Source: an uncultured Acidobacteriota bacterium (lineage in GTDB: Bacteria > Acidobacteriota > Vicinamibacteria > Fen-336). From it: a stretch of 64,000 nucleotides of DNA. The stretch is from assembly GCA_963720545.1 (NCBI GenBank), contig OY970399.1, forward strand, positions 3,232,001-3,296,000, in the 5' to 3' direction. Under the pieces are notes generated by a model, which saw only the letters and a list, made by a program, of their open reading frames with translations, did no database searches and was not told the DNA's origin. Below are positions 27,381 to 37,014 of the stretch, one piece after another (the first letter of the stretch is position 1; each line of letters begins with the position of its first letter). The translations under genes and the position numbers were made by a program.

Positions 27381-29036
27381 ATGCGCCGCTCCTCCATCGC
27401 GCTGGCACTCGCCTTTGCGGCGCTCGGCTGCTTCTCCACTTGGCAGGCCCCCTTCGGTGGCTGGACCAACCGCGTGTTCGCCTTCGACCTCTGGCTCAAC
27501 CAGGATCCCGGCGGCTGGTACATTCCGGCGGCTCACGACCTGCTGGTCCGTCCCGGGACCACGTCCTTTCCGGGCCACCCGGGCCTGCCGCTGCAGCTCG
27601 CGCTCGCGGCCGAGCAGTGGAGCCTGCACGCGGTCGCGCGCGCGCATGGCGAGGGCCTGGATCTCACGCCCTACGTCGCGCGCCACACACGCGCGGTGTG
27701 GCTCTGTGCCGGCCTGTCGATGGTGCTCCTGCAGCTCGCCTCGTTCGCGGCGCTCTACGGCTACGCGCGAGCGCTGCAGCCGTCCATGGCGGTCGCGCGC
27801 CTGGCGGTGCTGCTCTACGCGACGTCTTTTCCCGTCCTCTACTACCTCACGCGCGTGTCGGTGGAATCGACGACGGTGCTGTTCTTCCTGCTCACCGTCA
27901 CGTGTGTCGCCAGGGCGTGGCCGCGTGAGGCGGGCCGCGTGTCGCCGAGTGCGTGGGCCGCCCTCGCCGGTGCGTGCGCGGTCTCGGCGTTCTTCTCGAA
28001 GGTGCACCTGATGGCGGCGTGGCCGCTCTATGCCGCGGCGCTCCTGGCGTGGCGGCGATTTGAACCGCCGGAACAGGCGCGCCGCCGCCGCCGGCTGCTC
28101 GCTGCCTACGCCGCCGGTTGCCTGGCCGCCGGCTTCTTCTATTCGCTCGTCTTCGACTGGGCCGCGTTTGCCGGCGGCTGGTCCACGTTCACGCGCGCGA
28201 CACCGCACCTCGCCCCGGATCGCGCCGCGCCGGGGTTCTTCTCTGGCATGGCGCTGGAGGTGGCGACGGCGCTCTTCCGCAGGGCGCGCGCGCTCGACCT
28301 GCGCGTCTTCTTGCCGGGGTGGAACGCGCGCAGCCTGTTCTCGTGCCTCGAAGCGCTGTTCCTGGCCGCGGCCGCCTTGGGCGCGTGGCGAGCGCTGCGA
28401 CGGCCGGCGGCGTCCGGCGTCGACGCGCGCTTGATGAAATGGCTCCTGGGCTACGGCGCGCTGGTGGTCTCGGTGTGGTGGTACCGCGAAGCGGCCTGGA
28501 ACCTGCCGAGCTTCCACTACCTGTTCCCGGTGCTTGCGATTCTCGCGCCGGTTGCGGCGCTCGGTCTCACGCGCCTGGTGCCGGCACTCGGCGCGACGGA
28601 GCAGGCGGAGCGGCCAGTAGCGCGCGTACTCCTGTTGCTGCTGACGCTGGCGATCGTTCACGGCGCCGCCTTCACGGCCGCCGTCGATTCGCGGCGCCAG
28701 GACCGGGCCGCGTATCGCGAGTTGCGCGCGGCTCCCTACACTGCGGCGCTGGCGCGCGCGGCGAGCGACGAAACCGTTGCCGTGATCGACGGCGCTCCGG
28801 GGCGTTACCACGCCCTGTCCGCGAGCTTCGCGCCGCGCGGCCGCAGTTCGCCGCTCGTGGACGAGCTGGACCGTTTGTTCATGGCGCGCTCCCGGCCGCT
28901 CGATTGCCAGCGCTTCCTGCTGCGCGCGCGGCTGCGCCGCGTCTCCCAGGTGGTCGACTTCGGCCTGGCCGATCCTGGCCCACGCTCGCTCGCGGCATGG
29001 TCGGCGCTTCCCGAAGCCGGCCGCTGCACGCGGTAA
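27381..29036 (+). CDS. Polytopic membrane protein, possible GT-C-type glycosyltransferase
   Basis: NQDP..HPG loop, SVES, FSKV, HYLFP; about 11 TM segments. Confidence 0.55.
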   Translation: MRRSSIALALAFAALGCFSTWQAPFGGWTNRVFAFDLWLNQDPGGWYIPAAHDLLVRPGTTSFPGHPGLPLQLALAAEQWSLHAVARAHGEGLDLTPYVARHTRAVWLCAGLSMVLLQLASFAALYGYARALQPSMAVARLAVLLYATSFPVLYYLTRVSVESTTVLFFLLTVTCVARAWPREAGRVSPSAWAALAGACAVSAFFSKVHLMAAWPLYAAALLAWRRFEPPEQARRRRRLLAAYAAGCLAAGFFYSLVFDWAAFAGGWSTFTRATPHLAPDRAAPGFFSGMALEVATALFRRARALDLRVFLPGWNARSLFSCLEALFLAAAALGAWRALRRPAASGVDARLMKWLLGYGALVVSVWWYREAAWNLPSFHYLFPVLAILAPVAALGLTRLVPALGATEQAERPVARVLLLLLTLAIVHGAAFTAAVDSRRQDRAAYRELRAAPYTAALARAASDETVAVIDGAPGRYHALSASFAPRGRSSPLVDELDRLFMARSRPLDCQRFLLRARLRRVSQVVDFGLADPGPRSLAAWSALPEAGRCTR

Positions 29037-29047
29037 TATTTCCCATC

Positions 29048-29542
29048 ATGACCACTCCCGCCGATGGTTCCTACCTCGACCGCTTGCTCGGACTCGTCTC
29101 CGGTCAGGACACACTTGCATCCCTGGCCGAGAGCGGCGAGCGCGTCGGCGCGGTGGTGCGCGCGCTCGGACCGGCGCGCATGGGCAAGGCGTGGGCGGAG
29201 GGCAAGTGGACCGGCGCGCAGGTGCTCGCGCACCTGGCCGATGCCGAGCTGGTGATGGGCTATCGTGCGCGCCAGACGCTGACCCAGCAGCCGTTCACCG
29301 TGCAGGAGTACGACGAGTCCGCATGGCTCGGACTCTACGGCGGCGTCGAGGTCGACGCGGCGCTCGACACCTTCCTGGCGGCGCGGCGCTGGAACCTCGC
29401 GCTCTTCCGCCGCCTCGACGACGCGCAGTGGCAGCGCGTCTGCCGCCACCCGAGCCGCGGCGAAGAAACGCTCGGCACCGCCATTCGCGCCCTCGCCGGC
29501 CACACCGTGAACCACCTGGCGCAGATCGAAAAGCTGCGCTGA
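29048..29542 (+). CDS. DinB-family protein
   Basis: GKWTGAQVLAHLADAE, HP.RG, AGHTVNHLAQI. Confidence 0.9.
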   Translation: MTTPADGSYLDRLLGLVSGQDTLASLAESGERVGAVVRALGPARMGKAWAEGKWTGAQVLAHLADAELVMGYRARQTLTQQPFTVQEYDESAWLGLYGGVEVDAALDTFLAARRWNLALFRRLDDAQWQRVCRHPSRGEETLGTAIRALAGHTVNHLAQIEKLR

Positions 29543-29567
29543 ACGCGCCTGTGGCAAGATCGAACCC

Positions 29568-29840
29568 ATGGAACTAGCAGGCGCCTGCGCGCATATCCGC
29601 GACCTCGGCAAGGTGCTGGACGCGAAGCGGCGCGAGTGCGAAGACTGCGTGAAGATCGGCAGCGAATGGCTGCACCTGCGCACCTGTCAGTCGTGCGGCG
29701 CCACGCGCTGCTGCGATTCTTCGCCGCACCGCCACGCAAGCAAGCACGCACGCAAGGCGCAGCACCCGGTGATCAACTCCGCCGAACCCGGCGAAGCCTG
29801 GCTCTACTGCTACAGCGACGACGTCGGGGTCGAATACTGA
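29568..29840 (+). CDS. Stand-alone UBP-type zinc finger protein
   Basis: CAH..CEDC..WLHLRTCQSCG..CCDSSPHRHASKH..HP..EPGEAWLYCY. Confidence 0.92.
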   Translation: MELAGACAHIRDLGKVLDAKRRECEDCVKIGSEWLHLRTCQSCGATRCCDSSPHRHASKHARKAQHPVINSAEPGEAWLYCYSDDVGVEY

Positions 29841-29924
29841 GCGTTTGATCGCGGCTTCGCAGGCGTGCGAACCTCTGCATGCGCCTGCAACCGCGGCGTC
29901 CAGCGCCTTGAACGAGGAGAACGC

Positions 29925-31442
29925 ATGACCCTTGCCGCTCGCGCAACGTCTGTCGTGGTGGCCGCACTGCTCACGCTCGGCGCGGCCGCCGCCCAGGACC
30001 TCCAGAGCTTCGAGAAACGGGTGAGTGTCAGGACCCTCGCGAACGGGCTGACGCTCGTCGTCTGCGAGCGTCCGGAGGCGCCGGTCTTCTCCTTCTACAC
30101 GCACGTCGACTCGGGCTCCGACCGCGAGGTCCCCGGCATCACCGGGCTCGCGCACATGTTCGAGCACATGGCGTTCAAGGGCACCGACACGATCGGTTCG
30201 AAGAACTTCACCGCCGAGAAGGCGGCGCTGGCGAAGGTGGAGACGGCGTACGCCGCCTACGAGCAGGAGCGGCTGAAGAGCGTGGGCAGGGACGAGAAGG
30301 TGCTGGCCGCGCGGGAAAAGGCGTGGCGCGACGCGATGGCGGCGGCCGACGCCTACGTGGTGCCGAACGCGTTCGGCGAGGTCATCGAGCGCGAGGGCGG
30401 CGCCGGGCTCAACGCCACCACCTACTCGGATTACACCGCCTACTACTATTCGCTCCCGGCGAACCGCCTCGAGCTGTGGGCGTATCTCGAGTCGGAGCGT
30501 TTCCTGAAGCCGGTGATGCGCGAGTTCTACCGCGAGCGCGGCGTCGTCATGGAAGAGCGCCGCATGCGCACCGAGAGCAACCCGGTCGGGCGGCTGGTGG
30601 AGCAGTTCATCGCCGCCTCCTTCACCGCGCATCCCTACGGCCAGGCGGGCGTCGGCTGGCCCTCCGACCTGCAGTCGTTCTCCGCCACCGACGCCATGGC
30701 GTTCTTCAACAAGCACTATGTCCCGGCCAACATGACGATGGCGATCGTCGGCGACGTCAAGGCCGCGGAGGTGTTCGCGGTCGCCGAGCGTTACTTCGGC
30801 CGCTTGCCGAAGCGCGACAAGCCAGAGCCGCTGCGCACCGTCGAGCCGCCGCAGCGCTCCGAGCGGCAGGTGGTGATTCGCGACGCGTCGCAGCCGGTCT
30901 ACCTCGAGGGCTATCACAAGCCGGGCTACCTCGATGCCGACGAGGCGGTCTACGACGTCATCTCCGACCTGCTGACGAGCGGCCGCACGTCGCGGCTCTA
31001 CCGCTCGCTGGTGCGCGACCAGAAGATCGCGGCGCAGGCCGGCGGCTTCGGCGGGTTCCCGGGCAACAAATACCCCAACGCCTTCATCGTCTATGCGTTC
31101 ACCGCGCCCGGCCACAGCAACGAAGAGGTGCAGCGCGCGCTGCGCGCCGAGATCGAGCGGCTCAAGAGCGAGGACGTGAGCGCCGACGAGCTCGCGATGG
31201 TGAAGACGCGCGCCAAGGCCGCGCTCATCGAAGGGCTCGGCGACAACGAAGGGCTCGCGAGCGGGCTGGGCTTCGCGCAGGCGCGCTACGGCGACTGGCG
31301 CGAAGTGTTCCGCGGTGTGGACAAGATCGACAAGGTGACGCAGGCCGACATCCGCCGGGTGGCGCAGTCGGCATTCGTCGCGTCGAACCGCACGGTCGGC
31401 TACATCGAAACGGCCAAACCGGACGCGAAGGGAGGCCGGTGA
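29925..31442 (+). CDS. M16 (pitrilysin) zinc peptidase, catalytic subunit
   Basis: Signal peptide, HMFEH (HxxEH), NATT, VVMEERR, HPY; AGGAGA RBS. Confidence 0.95.
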   Translation: MTLAARATSVVVAALLTLGAAAAQDLQSFEKRVSVRTLANGLTLVVCERPEAPVFSFYTHVDSGSDREVPGITGLAHMFEHMAFKGTDTIGSKNFTAEKAALAKVETAYAAYEQERLKSVGRDEKVLAAREKAWRDAMAAADAYVVPNAFGEVIEREGGAGLNATTYSDYTAYYYSLPANRLELWAYLESERFLKPVMREFYRERGVVMEERRMRTESNPVGRLVEQFIAASFTAHPYGQAGVGWPSDLQSFSATDAMAFFNKHYVPANMTMAIVGDVKAAEVFAVAERYFGRLPKRDKPEPLRTVEPPQRSERQVVIRDASQPVYLEGYHKPGYLDADEAVYDVISDLLTSGRTSRLYRSLVRDQKIAAQAGGFGGFPGNKYPNAFIVYAFTAPGHSNEEVQRALRAEIERLKSEDVSADELAMVKTRAKAALIEGLGDNEGLASGLGFAQARYGDWREVFRGVDKIDKVTQADIRRVAQSAFVASNRTVGYIETAKPDAKGGR

Positions 31443-32947
31443 TGGCGATGCGTGCCTTTGCGGCCCTGGCGTTCGCCAGCCTGTGCGCGCAGCCGCCACT
31501 GCTGGCAGCGGCGCAAACAGCTCCCGCAGCGCCGCTGAAGAAGCCGGCGGCGCCGATCGCAAGCGACTGGCGCAGGATCCCGGTCAAGCCGCTGCGCGTG
31601 TGGCACCCGGCGCAGCCGCGGCGCATCGAGCTGCCGAACGGCCTGGTCGTGTTCCTGCAGGAAGACCACGAGCTGCCGGTCGTTTCCGGGATGGCGCGGA
31701 TCCGCGGCGGCTCGCGCGACGAAGCGGCCGCGAAGGCCGGGCTCGTCTCGCTCTACGGACAGGTCTGGCGCACCGGCGGCACCAGGGACAAGACCGGCGA
31801 CGAGCTCGACGACTTCCTCGAGGCGCGCGCCGCGAAGGTGGAAACCGGCGGCAGCCTCGACTCCACCTCCATCTCGTTCAACTGCCTCAAGGCGAACTTC
31901 GACGAGGTGTTCGCGGTGGTCGCCGACCTGGTGCTGGCGCCGGAGTTTCGCAAGGACAAGCTGGCGCTCGCGAAGAACCTCGCCAACACCGCGGTCGCGC
32001 GCCGCAACGACGAACCGCTCGGCATCGCCGCGCGCGAGGGGCGCAAGCTCGGCTACGGCGCGGCATCGCCCTACGCGCGCACGCCCGAATACGACACGCT
32101 CGCGGCGGTCGAGCGCGACGACCTCGTCAACTGGCACAAGTCCTGGGCCGCGCCCAACAACACGGTCCTCGGCATCGTCGGCGACTTCGATTCGCAGGCG
32201 ATGGAAGCCGCGATCCGCAAGGCACTGGGCGCCTGGGAGAAGGGCACCCGCGCGCCGAAGCCCACCCTCGACTTCACGCCGGCGAAGCCGGGCGTCTATT
32301 TCATCGCCAAGGACGACGTCACCCAGAGCAGCATCCGCATGGTGCACCTGGGCACGCTCAAGAACGTTCCCGAGTTCTACGCGCTCGAGGTGATGAACGA
32401 GCTGTTCGGCGGCGGCTTCTCGGCGCGGCTCATGACCCGCATCCGCTCGAACCTCGGGCTCGCCTACTCGGTGGGCGGCGGCGTCGGCACCAACTTCGAG
32501 TACCCCGGCCTGTTCCAGGTGGTGATGGGCACGAAGAGCGAGAGCACCGCGGCGGCGATCGCGGCCCTGTACGCGGAGATCGACAACCTGACGCGCGCCG
32601 AACCGACCGCGGACGAAGTGAAGAAGGCGAAGGACGGCATCCTCAACTCGTTCATCTTCCGCTTCGACAGCTCCGACAAGGTGCTGTTCGAGAAGATGCT
32701 CTACGAGTTCTACGGCTATCCGCTCGACTTCCTCGACGGCTACCAGGCCGGCATCGAGAAGGTCACCGCCGCGGAAATTCTGGCCGCGGCGCAGAAGTAC
32801 GTGCACCGCGACCAGGTGGCGCTGCTGGTCGTCGGCAAGCAGGCCGACTTCGACAAGCCGCTGTCCTCGTTCGGCGCGGTGACCCCCGTCGACATCGCCA
32901 TTCCGGAGGCGGGCGCCGCGGTGCAGAAGCCGTTCAGAAAGCCCTGA
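31442..32947 (+). CDS. M16 peptidase, non-catalytic partner subunit
   Basis: M16 fold (LPNGL..EDHELP), no HxxEH, carries the IRSNLGLAYSV R/Y motif; coupled to the upstream gene. Confidence 0.92.
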   Translation: MAMRAFAALAFASLCAQPPLLAAAQTAPAAPLKKPAAPIASDWRRIPVKPLRVWHPAQPRRIELPNGLVVFLQEDHELPVVSGMARIRGGSRDEAAAKAGLVSLYGQVWRTGGTRDKTGDELDDFLEARAAKVETGGSLDSTSISFNCLKANFDEVFAVVADLVLAPEFRKDKLALAKNLANTAVARRNDEPLGIAAREGRKLGYGAASPYARTPEYDTLAAVERDDLVNWHKSWAAPNNTVLGIVGDFDSQAMEAAIRKALGAWEKGTRAPKPTLDFTPAKPGVYFIAKDDVTQSSIRMVHLGTLKNVPEFYALEVMNELFGGGFSARLMTRIRSNLGLAYSVGGGVGTNFEYPGLFQVVMGTKSESTAAAIAALYAEIDNLTRAEPTADEVKKAKDGILNSFIFRFDSSDKVLFEKMLYEFYGYPLDFLDGYQAGIEKVTAAEILAAAQKYVHRDQVALLVVGKQADFDKPLSSFGAVTPVDIAIPEAGAAVQKPFRKP

Positions 32948-33007
32948 CGTCAGTCGGCCGCAGGCCGAATCCCCACTGCCAACCGCCGCCGATCTGTGGC
33001 TGCGTGA

Positions 33008-33625
33008 CTAGCGGTCGTGTTTCTTTCTGATCAGGGAGAGGAATTCCTCGCGGGTTTCGGTCTGGTCGCGGAAGGCGCCGAGCATGCATGAGGTCACGGC
33101 GACCGAGTGCTGCTTCTCGACGCCGCGCATCATCATGCAGAAGTGCATGGCTTCGAGCACCACGCCGACGCCGCGCGGCTTGATGGCGTCCGCGATCGCC
33201 TGCGCCACCTCCACCGTCATGCGCTCCTGCACCTGCAGGCGGCGCGCGAACATGTCCACGAGGCGCGGCACCTTCGACAAGCCCAGCACCTTGCCGTTCG
33301 GCAGGTACGCGACGTGCGCCTTGCCGAAGAACGGCAGCAGGTGGTGCTCGCACAGGCTGAAGAAGTCGATGTCCTTGATGATCACCATCTCGTCGTAGGA
33401 GACGGTGAACAGCGCCTGGTTGAGCAGCTCCGGCACGCTCTGCTGGTAGCCGCGCGTGAGGAAGCGCAGCGCCTTGTCGACGCGCTCGGGTGTCTTCTGC
33501 AGCCCTTCACGACCAGGATCCTCGCCGATGCCCGCGAGCACCGCGCGGATGTGCGGGGCGATCGAACGCGTCGCGGACCGCGCTGCCGGCTTCGCCTTTG
33601 CCCTGGCCTTCGGCGCCCGCTTCAA
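33008..33625 (-). CDS. folE: GTP cyclohydrolase I
   Basis: [55 protein letters not shown] start overlaps the upstream stop. Confidence 0.96.
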   Translation of the reverse strand: MKRAPKARAKAKPAARSATRSIAPHIRAVLAGIGEDPGREGLQKTPERVDKALRFLTRGYQQSVPELLNQALFTVSYDEMVIIKDIDFFSLCEHHLLPFFGKAHVAYLPNGKVLGLSKVPRLVDMFARRLQVQERMTVEVAQAIADAIKPRGVGVVLEAMHFCMMMRGVEKQHSVAVTSCMLGAFRDQTETREEFLSLIRKKHDR

Positions 33626-34740
33626 CCGACGACTTTCAGCTCGCGCCGCGACTGCACCTTGAGGCGCGTCGGCTGCTTGGTCACCGCGCACGATTGGCAG
33701 ATGGGCTCGCCCGAAGCCGGGTCGTCCCAGGTGCGCTCGCGCTGCGCCACGCGCAGCCTCTCGAAGTTGCCGCTCTGCCAGGCCTGCTGCAGGCTCACGG
33801 GCGCGGGCCCGGAGCCCGGCACCACCGGGCCGCCGTCGATCTCGAGCGTGAAGCCCTGGCAGCACGGCATGGTGTGCCGGCCGTCCCAGGTGACCACCAT
33901 GCGGCGGAACGGATCGGGGCACTGGAATTCGGCGGCGCTCATCTGCCGCCACTCGGCCGCCTTCCAGTGGTGCTCGGTGCCGGCGGGGAAGTAGCACTCG
34001 CTGATCGACATCCAGTCGACCTTCATCTTGCCGCGCCAGAACTCTTCCATGCGGCCGCTGTCGATGGCATCGGCGTTGACGTTGGTGCGCACCACCGAAG
34101 CGCGGATCTTGAGGTCGGGCGCGCCCTTGCCCTCGTCGCGCGTCAGCACCGCGCCGCGCACCGAGTTGAGGAGCACCTCCCAGCTGCCGCCGACCCGCTG
34201 GCGGGCGTACATCTCCGGGTCGCAGCCGTCCACCGAGAACATCAGGTCGGTGATTCCGGCCTCGACGATGCGCCTGAACAGGTCGGGCTGCTTGCGCGCC
34301 AGGCCGTTGCCGTTGGTGTTCATCATGATGTCGGGGAAGCCGAGGTGCGCGGCCTCGCGGATGAACGACACCACGCGCGGATGCAGGGACGGCTCGCCGC
34401 GGTAGTTGAGCTTCACCGACGAGACGCCGATGTCGCGGCACTGCTGGATCATCCGGCCGTAGAGCACCGGGTCCATGTAGCCGCGCTGGTAGGTGTAGTC
34501 CTCGAGGCCCACCGTGCGGATGTGCTCGTGGGTCCAGATCTGGCAGAAGCCCTGCGGGTCTTCCTCGGAGCTGCCGCAGCGCAGGTCGCACACGGCGACC
34601 GTCTCGACGTCCACGTGCACCGGGTGGTCGCCCGGCTCCATGGTCACTTCGCGCTCGTCCCATTCGCGCCGATACGCCTCGTAACGGGCGCTTCTTTCCG
34701 GGGCCGGCACCAACACCCTGAAAGTGGGGTCTTTGCTCAT
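33622..34740 (-). CDS. Radical SAM protein with SPASM/twitch domain and non-canonical CX3CX10C motif
   Basis: [34 protein letters not shown]-terminal CPDPF..WDG..PCC..CQSC. Confidence 0.88.
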   Translation of the reverse strand: MSKDPTFRVLVPAPERSARYEAYRREWDEREVTMEPGDHPVHVDVETVAVCDLRCGSSEEDPQGFCQIWTHEHIRTVGLEDYTYQRGYMDPVLYGRMIQQCRDIGVSSVKLNYRGEPSLHPRVVSFIREAAHLGFPDIMMNTNGNGLARKQPDLFRRIVEAGITDLMFSVDGCDPEMYARQRVGGSWEVLLNSVRGAVLTRDEGKGAPDLKIRASVVRTNVNADAIDSGRMEEFWRGKMKVDWMSISECYFPAGTEHHWKAAEWRQMSAAEFQCPDPFRRMVVTWDGRHTMPCCQGFTLEIDGGPVVPGSGPAPVSLQQAWQSGNFERLRVAQRERTWDDPASGEPICQSCAVTKQPTRLKVQSRRELKVVG

Positions 34741-34782
34741 TTCGCAGGCCAGTTTACCGTTAAGCTTCTAATTCCCCATGCA

Positions 34783-37014
34783 ATGGCCCTGACCCAGATC
34801 GGCAAATACAAGGTCCTCGGTCGCATTGGCCAGGGCGCCATGGGCGAGGTGTTCCGCGCGCTCGACACCTTGCTGCACCGCGAGGTTGCGGTGAAGACCA
34901 TGAGTGCCGCCATCGGCGGCGACGACGACCTGCGCAAGCGCTTCATGCGCGAGGCCCAGTCGGCCGCCCGCCTCAACCACCCGAACATCGTCACCGTCTA
35001 CGACTTCGGCGAGGAAGAGGGCCAGGCCTACATGGCGATGGAGCTGCTGCAGGGCCGCGACCTGAAGGAGCTGATCCGCGGCGGCCGCATCGAGACCCTC
35101 GACGACGCGCTGCCGCTGATGGAGCAGATCTGCGAAGGCGTCGCCTTCGCGCACGCGCAGCAGATGGTCCACCGCGACCTCAAGCCCGGCAACATCCACG
35201 TACTGCCGAACGGCCAGGTCAAGATCATGGACTTCGGCCTCGCGCGCATGGGCGCCTCCGACATGACCAAGACCGGCATGATGCTGGGCACGCCCAACTA
35301 CATGTCGCCCGAGCAGGTGCGCGGCGAGCACGTCGACATCCGCTCCGACGTGTTCTCGCTGGGCGCGGTCTTCTACGAGATGCTCGCCGGCCACAAGGCG
35401 TTCGAGGCCGAATCGGTGCACGCGGTGCTGTTCGCGGTCGCCTCGAAGGAGCCGGAGCCGCTTTCGGTCGCGAACCCCGACCTGCCGCCGGTGGTGGCGC
35501 GGGTGGTGGAACGCGCGCTGCACAAGGATCCGCAGGAGCGCTATCAGCACGCCGGCCAGATGGCGGTGGTGATGGGCGCGGTGCGCGACTTCCTGAACGG
35601 CTACATCGACGAAGCCGCTGCGCTGCAGAAGATCGAGGACATCCGCGCCACCTCGCTCGAGTCGCTCAGCACCCGCGGCTTCGGCTCGCACGACAGCGCC
35701 ACCCTGGTGGGCGAGCCCACCGGCTCGTCGGGTTCGCCGCGCTCCGGCCGCCACCCGATCCCGCGGCCCACGTGGGCCGGGCCGGGCCGCATCGGCAGCG
35801 GCGGCAGCGGTCCGCGCAGTTCGCCGCCGGGCAGCGGGCCGTCGGCATCGCGCGCGCGCAAGCAGTGGCTGTGGCTCGGGGGACTGGCGCTCGTCGGCAT
35901 CGCGGCAGCGGGCGGCTACGGCGTGCGCCAGTGGCGCGCCGGCGCCGGGCTGCCGCAGGCCGCGCCGCAGCCGCCGGCCGCCGCCGGCACCGGCAGCGAG
36001 GTGCTGCTGGAAGGCGCACGCAAGGACCTGCAGTACGGCAATTACAAGGGCGCTCTCGAAGCGGCCAACAAGGTGCAGGCGAACGACCCCGGCAACACGG
36101 AGGCGGCGCGCATCGCCACGGCTGCCGCGGGCAAGCTGGAGGAAATCGACGAGGTGTCGGGTTCCCTCGAACAGGCGCAGGCGAAGTCGCAGCGCGACAA
36201 GGGCAAGGCCGCGCTCGAGAAGCTGATGACGCTCGATCCCGGACACCCGAGCGTCGCGGCCGCGGCCAGGTGGCTGAACGAGGCGTTCGCGCCCGAGGCG
36301 AAGCGCGCCCAGGAAAAGATGCGGCATGCGGCCGAGGTGGCGCAGCAATCGAAGTCGCGCGACAGCGGCGAGTACGAGCGTGCCATGGCTCTCAGCAACG
36401 AGGCCGAGCGGCTCATCGCGAAAGGGCAGTACGCCGAAGCGACGCAGAAATGGACCGAGGCGGGCAACCGCATCGCGCAGGCCGCGGCGCCGCGCGTGGT
36501 GGCGATTCCGCCGGTGCCGCGGCCGCGGCTCGAAGGCCTGCCAACGGGCGTGCCCGCCGGCGTTCCCACGACGTTCGCGCCGTCGTCGCCTGCGCCGTCC
36601 GCTGTCGTGCCCCTGGCGACCCCAACGCCGACACCGGCCCCACAGGCGCGGGCCGTCCCGGCGCCTGCCCCGCCCGCCGCCGCCGCCGCGCCAGCCTCAC
36701 CACAAAACGACGAAGCCGACATCCGCCGCGTCATACACGGCCTGGCGGCGGCGATCGAGGCGGGCAACATGACCCTCTACCGCCAGTTGCGGCCGAGCCT
36801 CTCGGCCGCGGACGAGCGCCGCCTGCGCGACTCGTTCGCGCGCGTCCGCCAGAAGATCGGCGTCGACATCCAGTCGATCGAAGTCGACGGCAACCGTGCC
36901 AGCGCCCGCGTCGGCTGGAACGTCACGGTGCCGGGCGCCCGTCCCGCCTCGCAGGTCCAGAACTTCCGTCTCGCCCGCGGAGCCGGCGGTTGGTACATCG
37001 ACCAGGTGAACTGA
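34783..37014 (+). CDS. Membrane-anchored Hanks-type Ser/Thr protein kinase
   Basis: IGQGAMG, VAVK, HRDLKPGN, DFG, GTPNYMSPE; one TM segment, helical/TPR-like region, Pro-rich linker, NTF2-like C-terminus. Confidence 0.95.
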   Translation: MALTQIGKYKVLGRIGQGAMGEVFRALDTLLHREVAVKTMSAAIGGDDDLRKRFMREAQSAARLNHPNIVTVYDFGEEEGQAYMAMELLQGRDLKELIRGGRIETLDDALPLMEQICEGVAFAHAQQMVHRDLKPGNIHVLPNGQVKIMDFGLARMGASDMTKTGMMLGTPNYMSPEQVRGEHVDIRSDVFSLGAVFYEMLAGHKAFEAESVHAVLFAVASKEPEPLSVANPDLPPVVARVVERALHKDPQERYQHAGQMAVVMGAVRDFLNGYIDEAAALQKIEDIRATSLESLSTRGFGSHDSATLVGEPTGSSGSPRSGRHPIPRPTWAGPGRIGSGGSGPRSSPPGSGPSASRARKQWLWLGGLALVGIAAAGGYGVRQWRAGAGLPQAAPQPPAAAGTGSEVLLEGARKDLQYGNYKGALEAANKVQANDPGNTEAARIATAAAGKLEEIDEVSGSLEQAQAKSQRDKGKAALEKLMTLDPGHPSVAAAARWLNEAFAPEAKRAQEKMRHAAEVAQQSKSRDSGEYERAMALSNEAERLIAKGQYAEATQKWTEAGNRIAQAAAPRVVAIPPVPRPRLEGLPTGVPAGVPTTFAPSSPAPSAVVPLATPTPTPAPQARAVPAPAPPAAAAAPASPQNDEADIRRVIHGLAAAIEAGNMTLYRQLRPSLSAADERRLRDSFARVRQKIGVDIQSIEVDGNRASARVGWNVTVPGARPASQVQNFRLARGAGGWYIDQVN

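Noticed and set aside
32950..33005. GAATCCCCACTGCCA resembling a tRNA 3' end or attachment site
   Set aside because: No GTTC T-loop, no cloverleaf and no integrase nearby.
33490..34782. N-terminal extensions in the ORF track (1174-aa kinase, 870-aa porin, 874-aa M16, 551-aa FolE, etc.)
   Set aside because: Artefacts of taking the farthest start codon. They overlap other real genes, and recognisable domains begin at the downstream starts I used.
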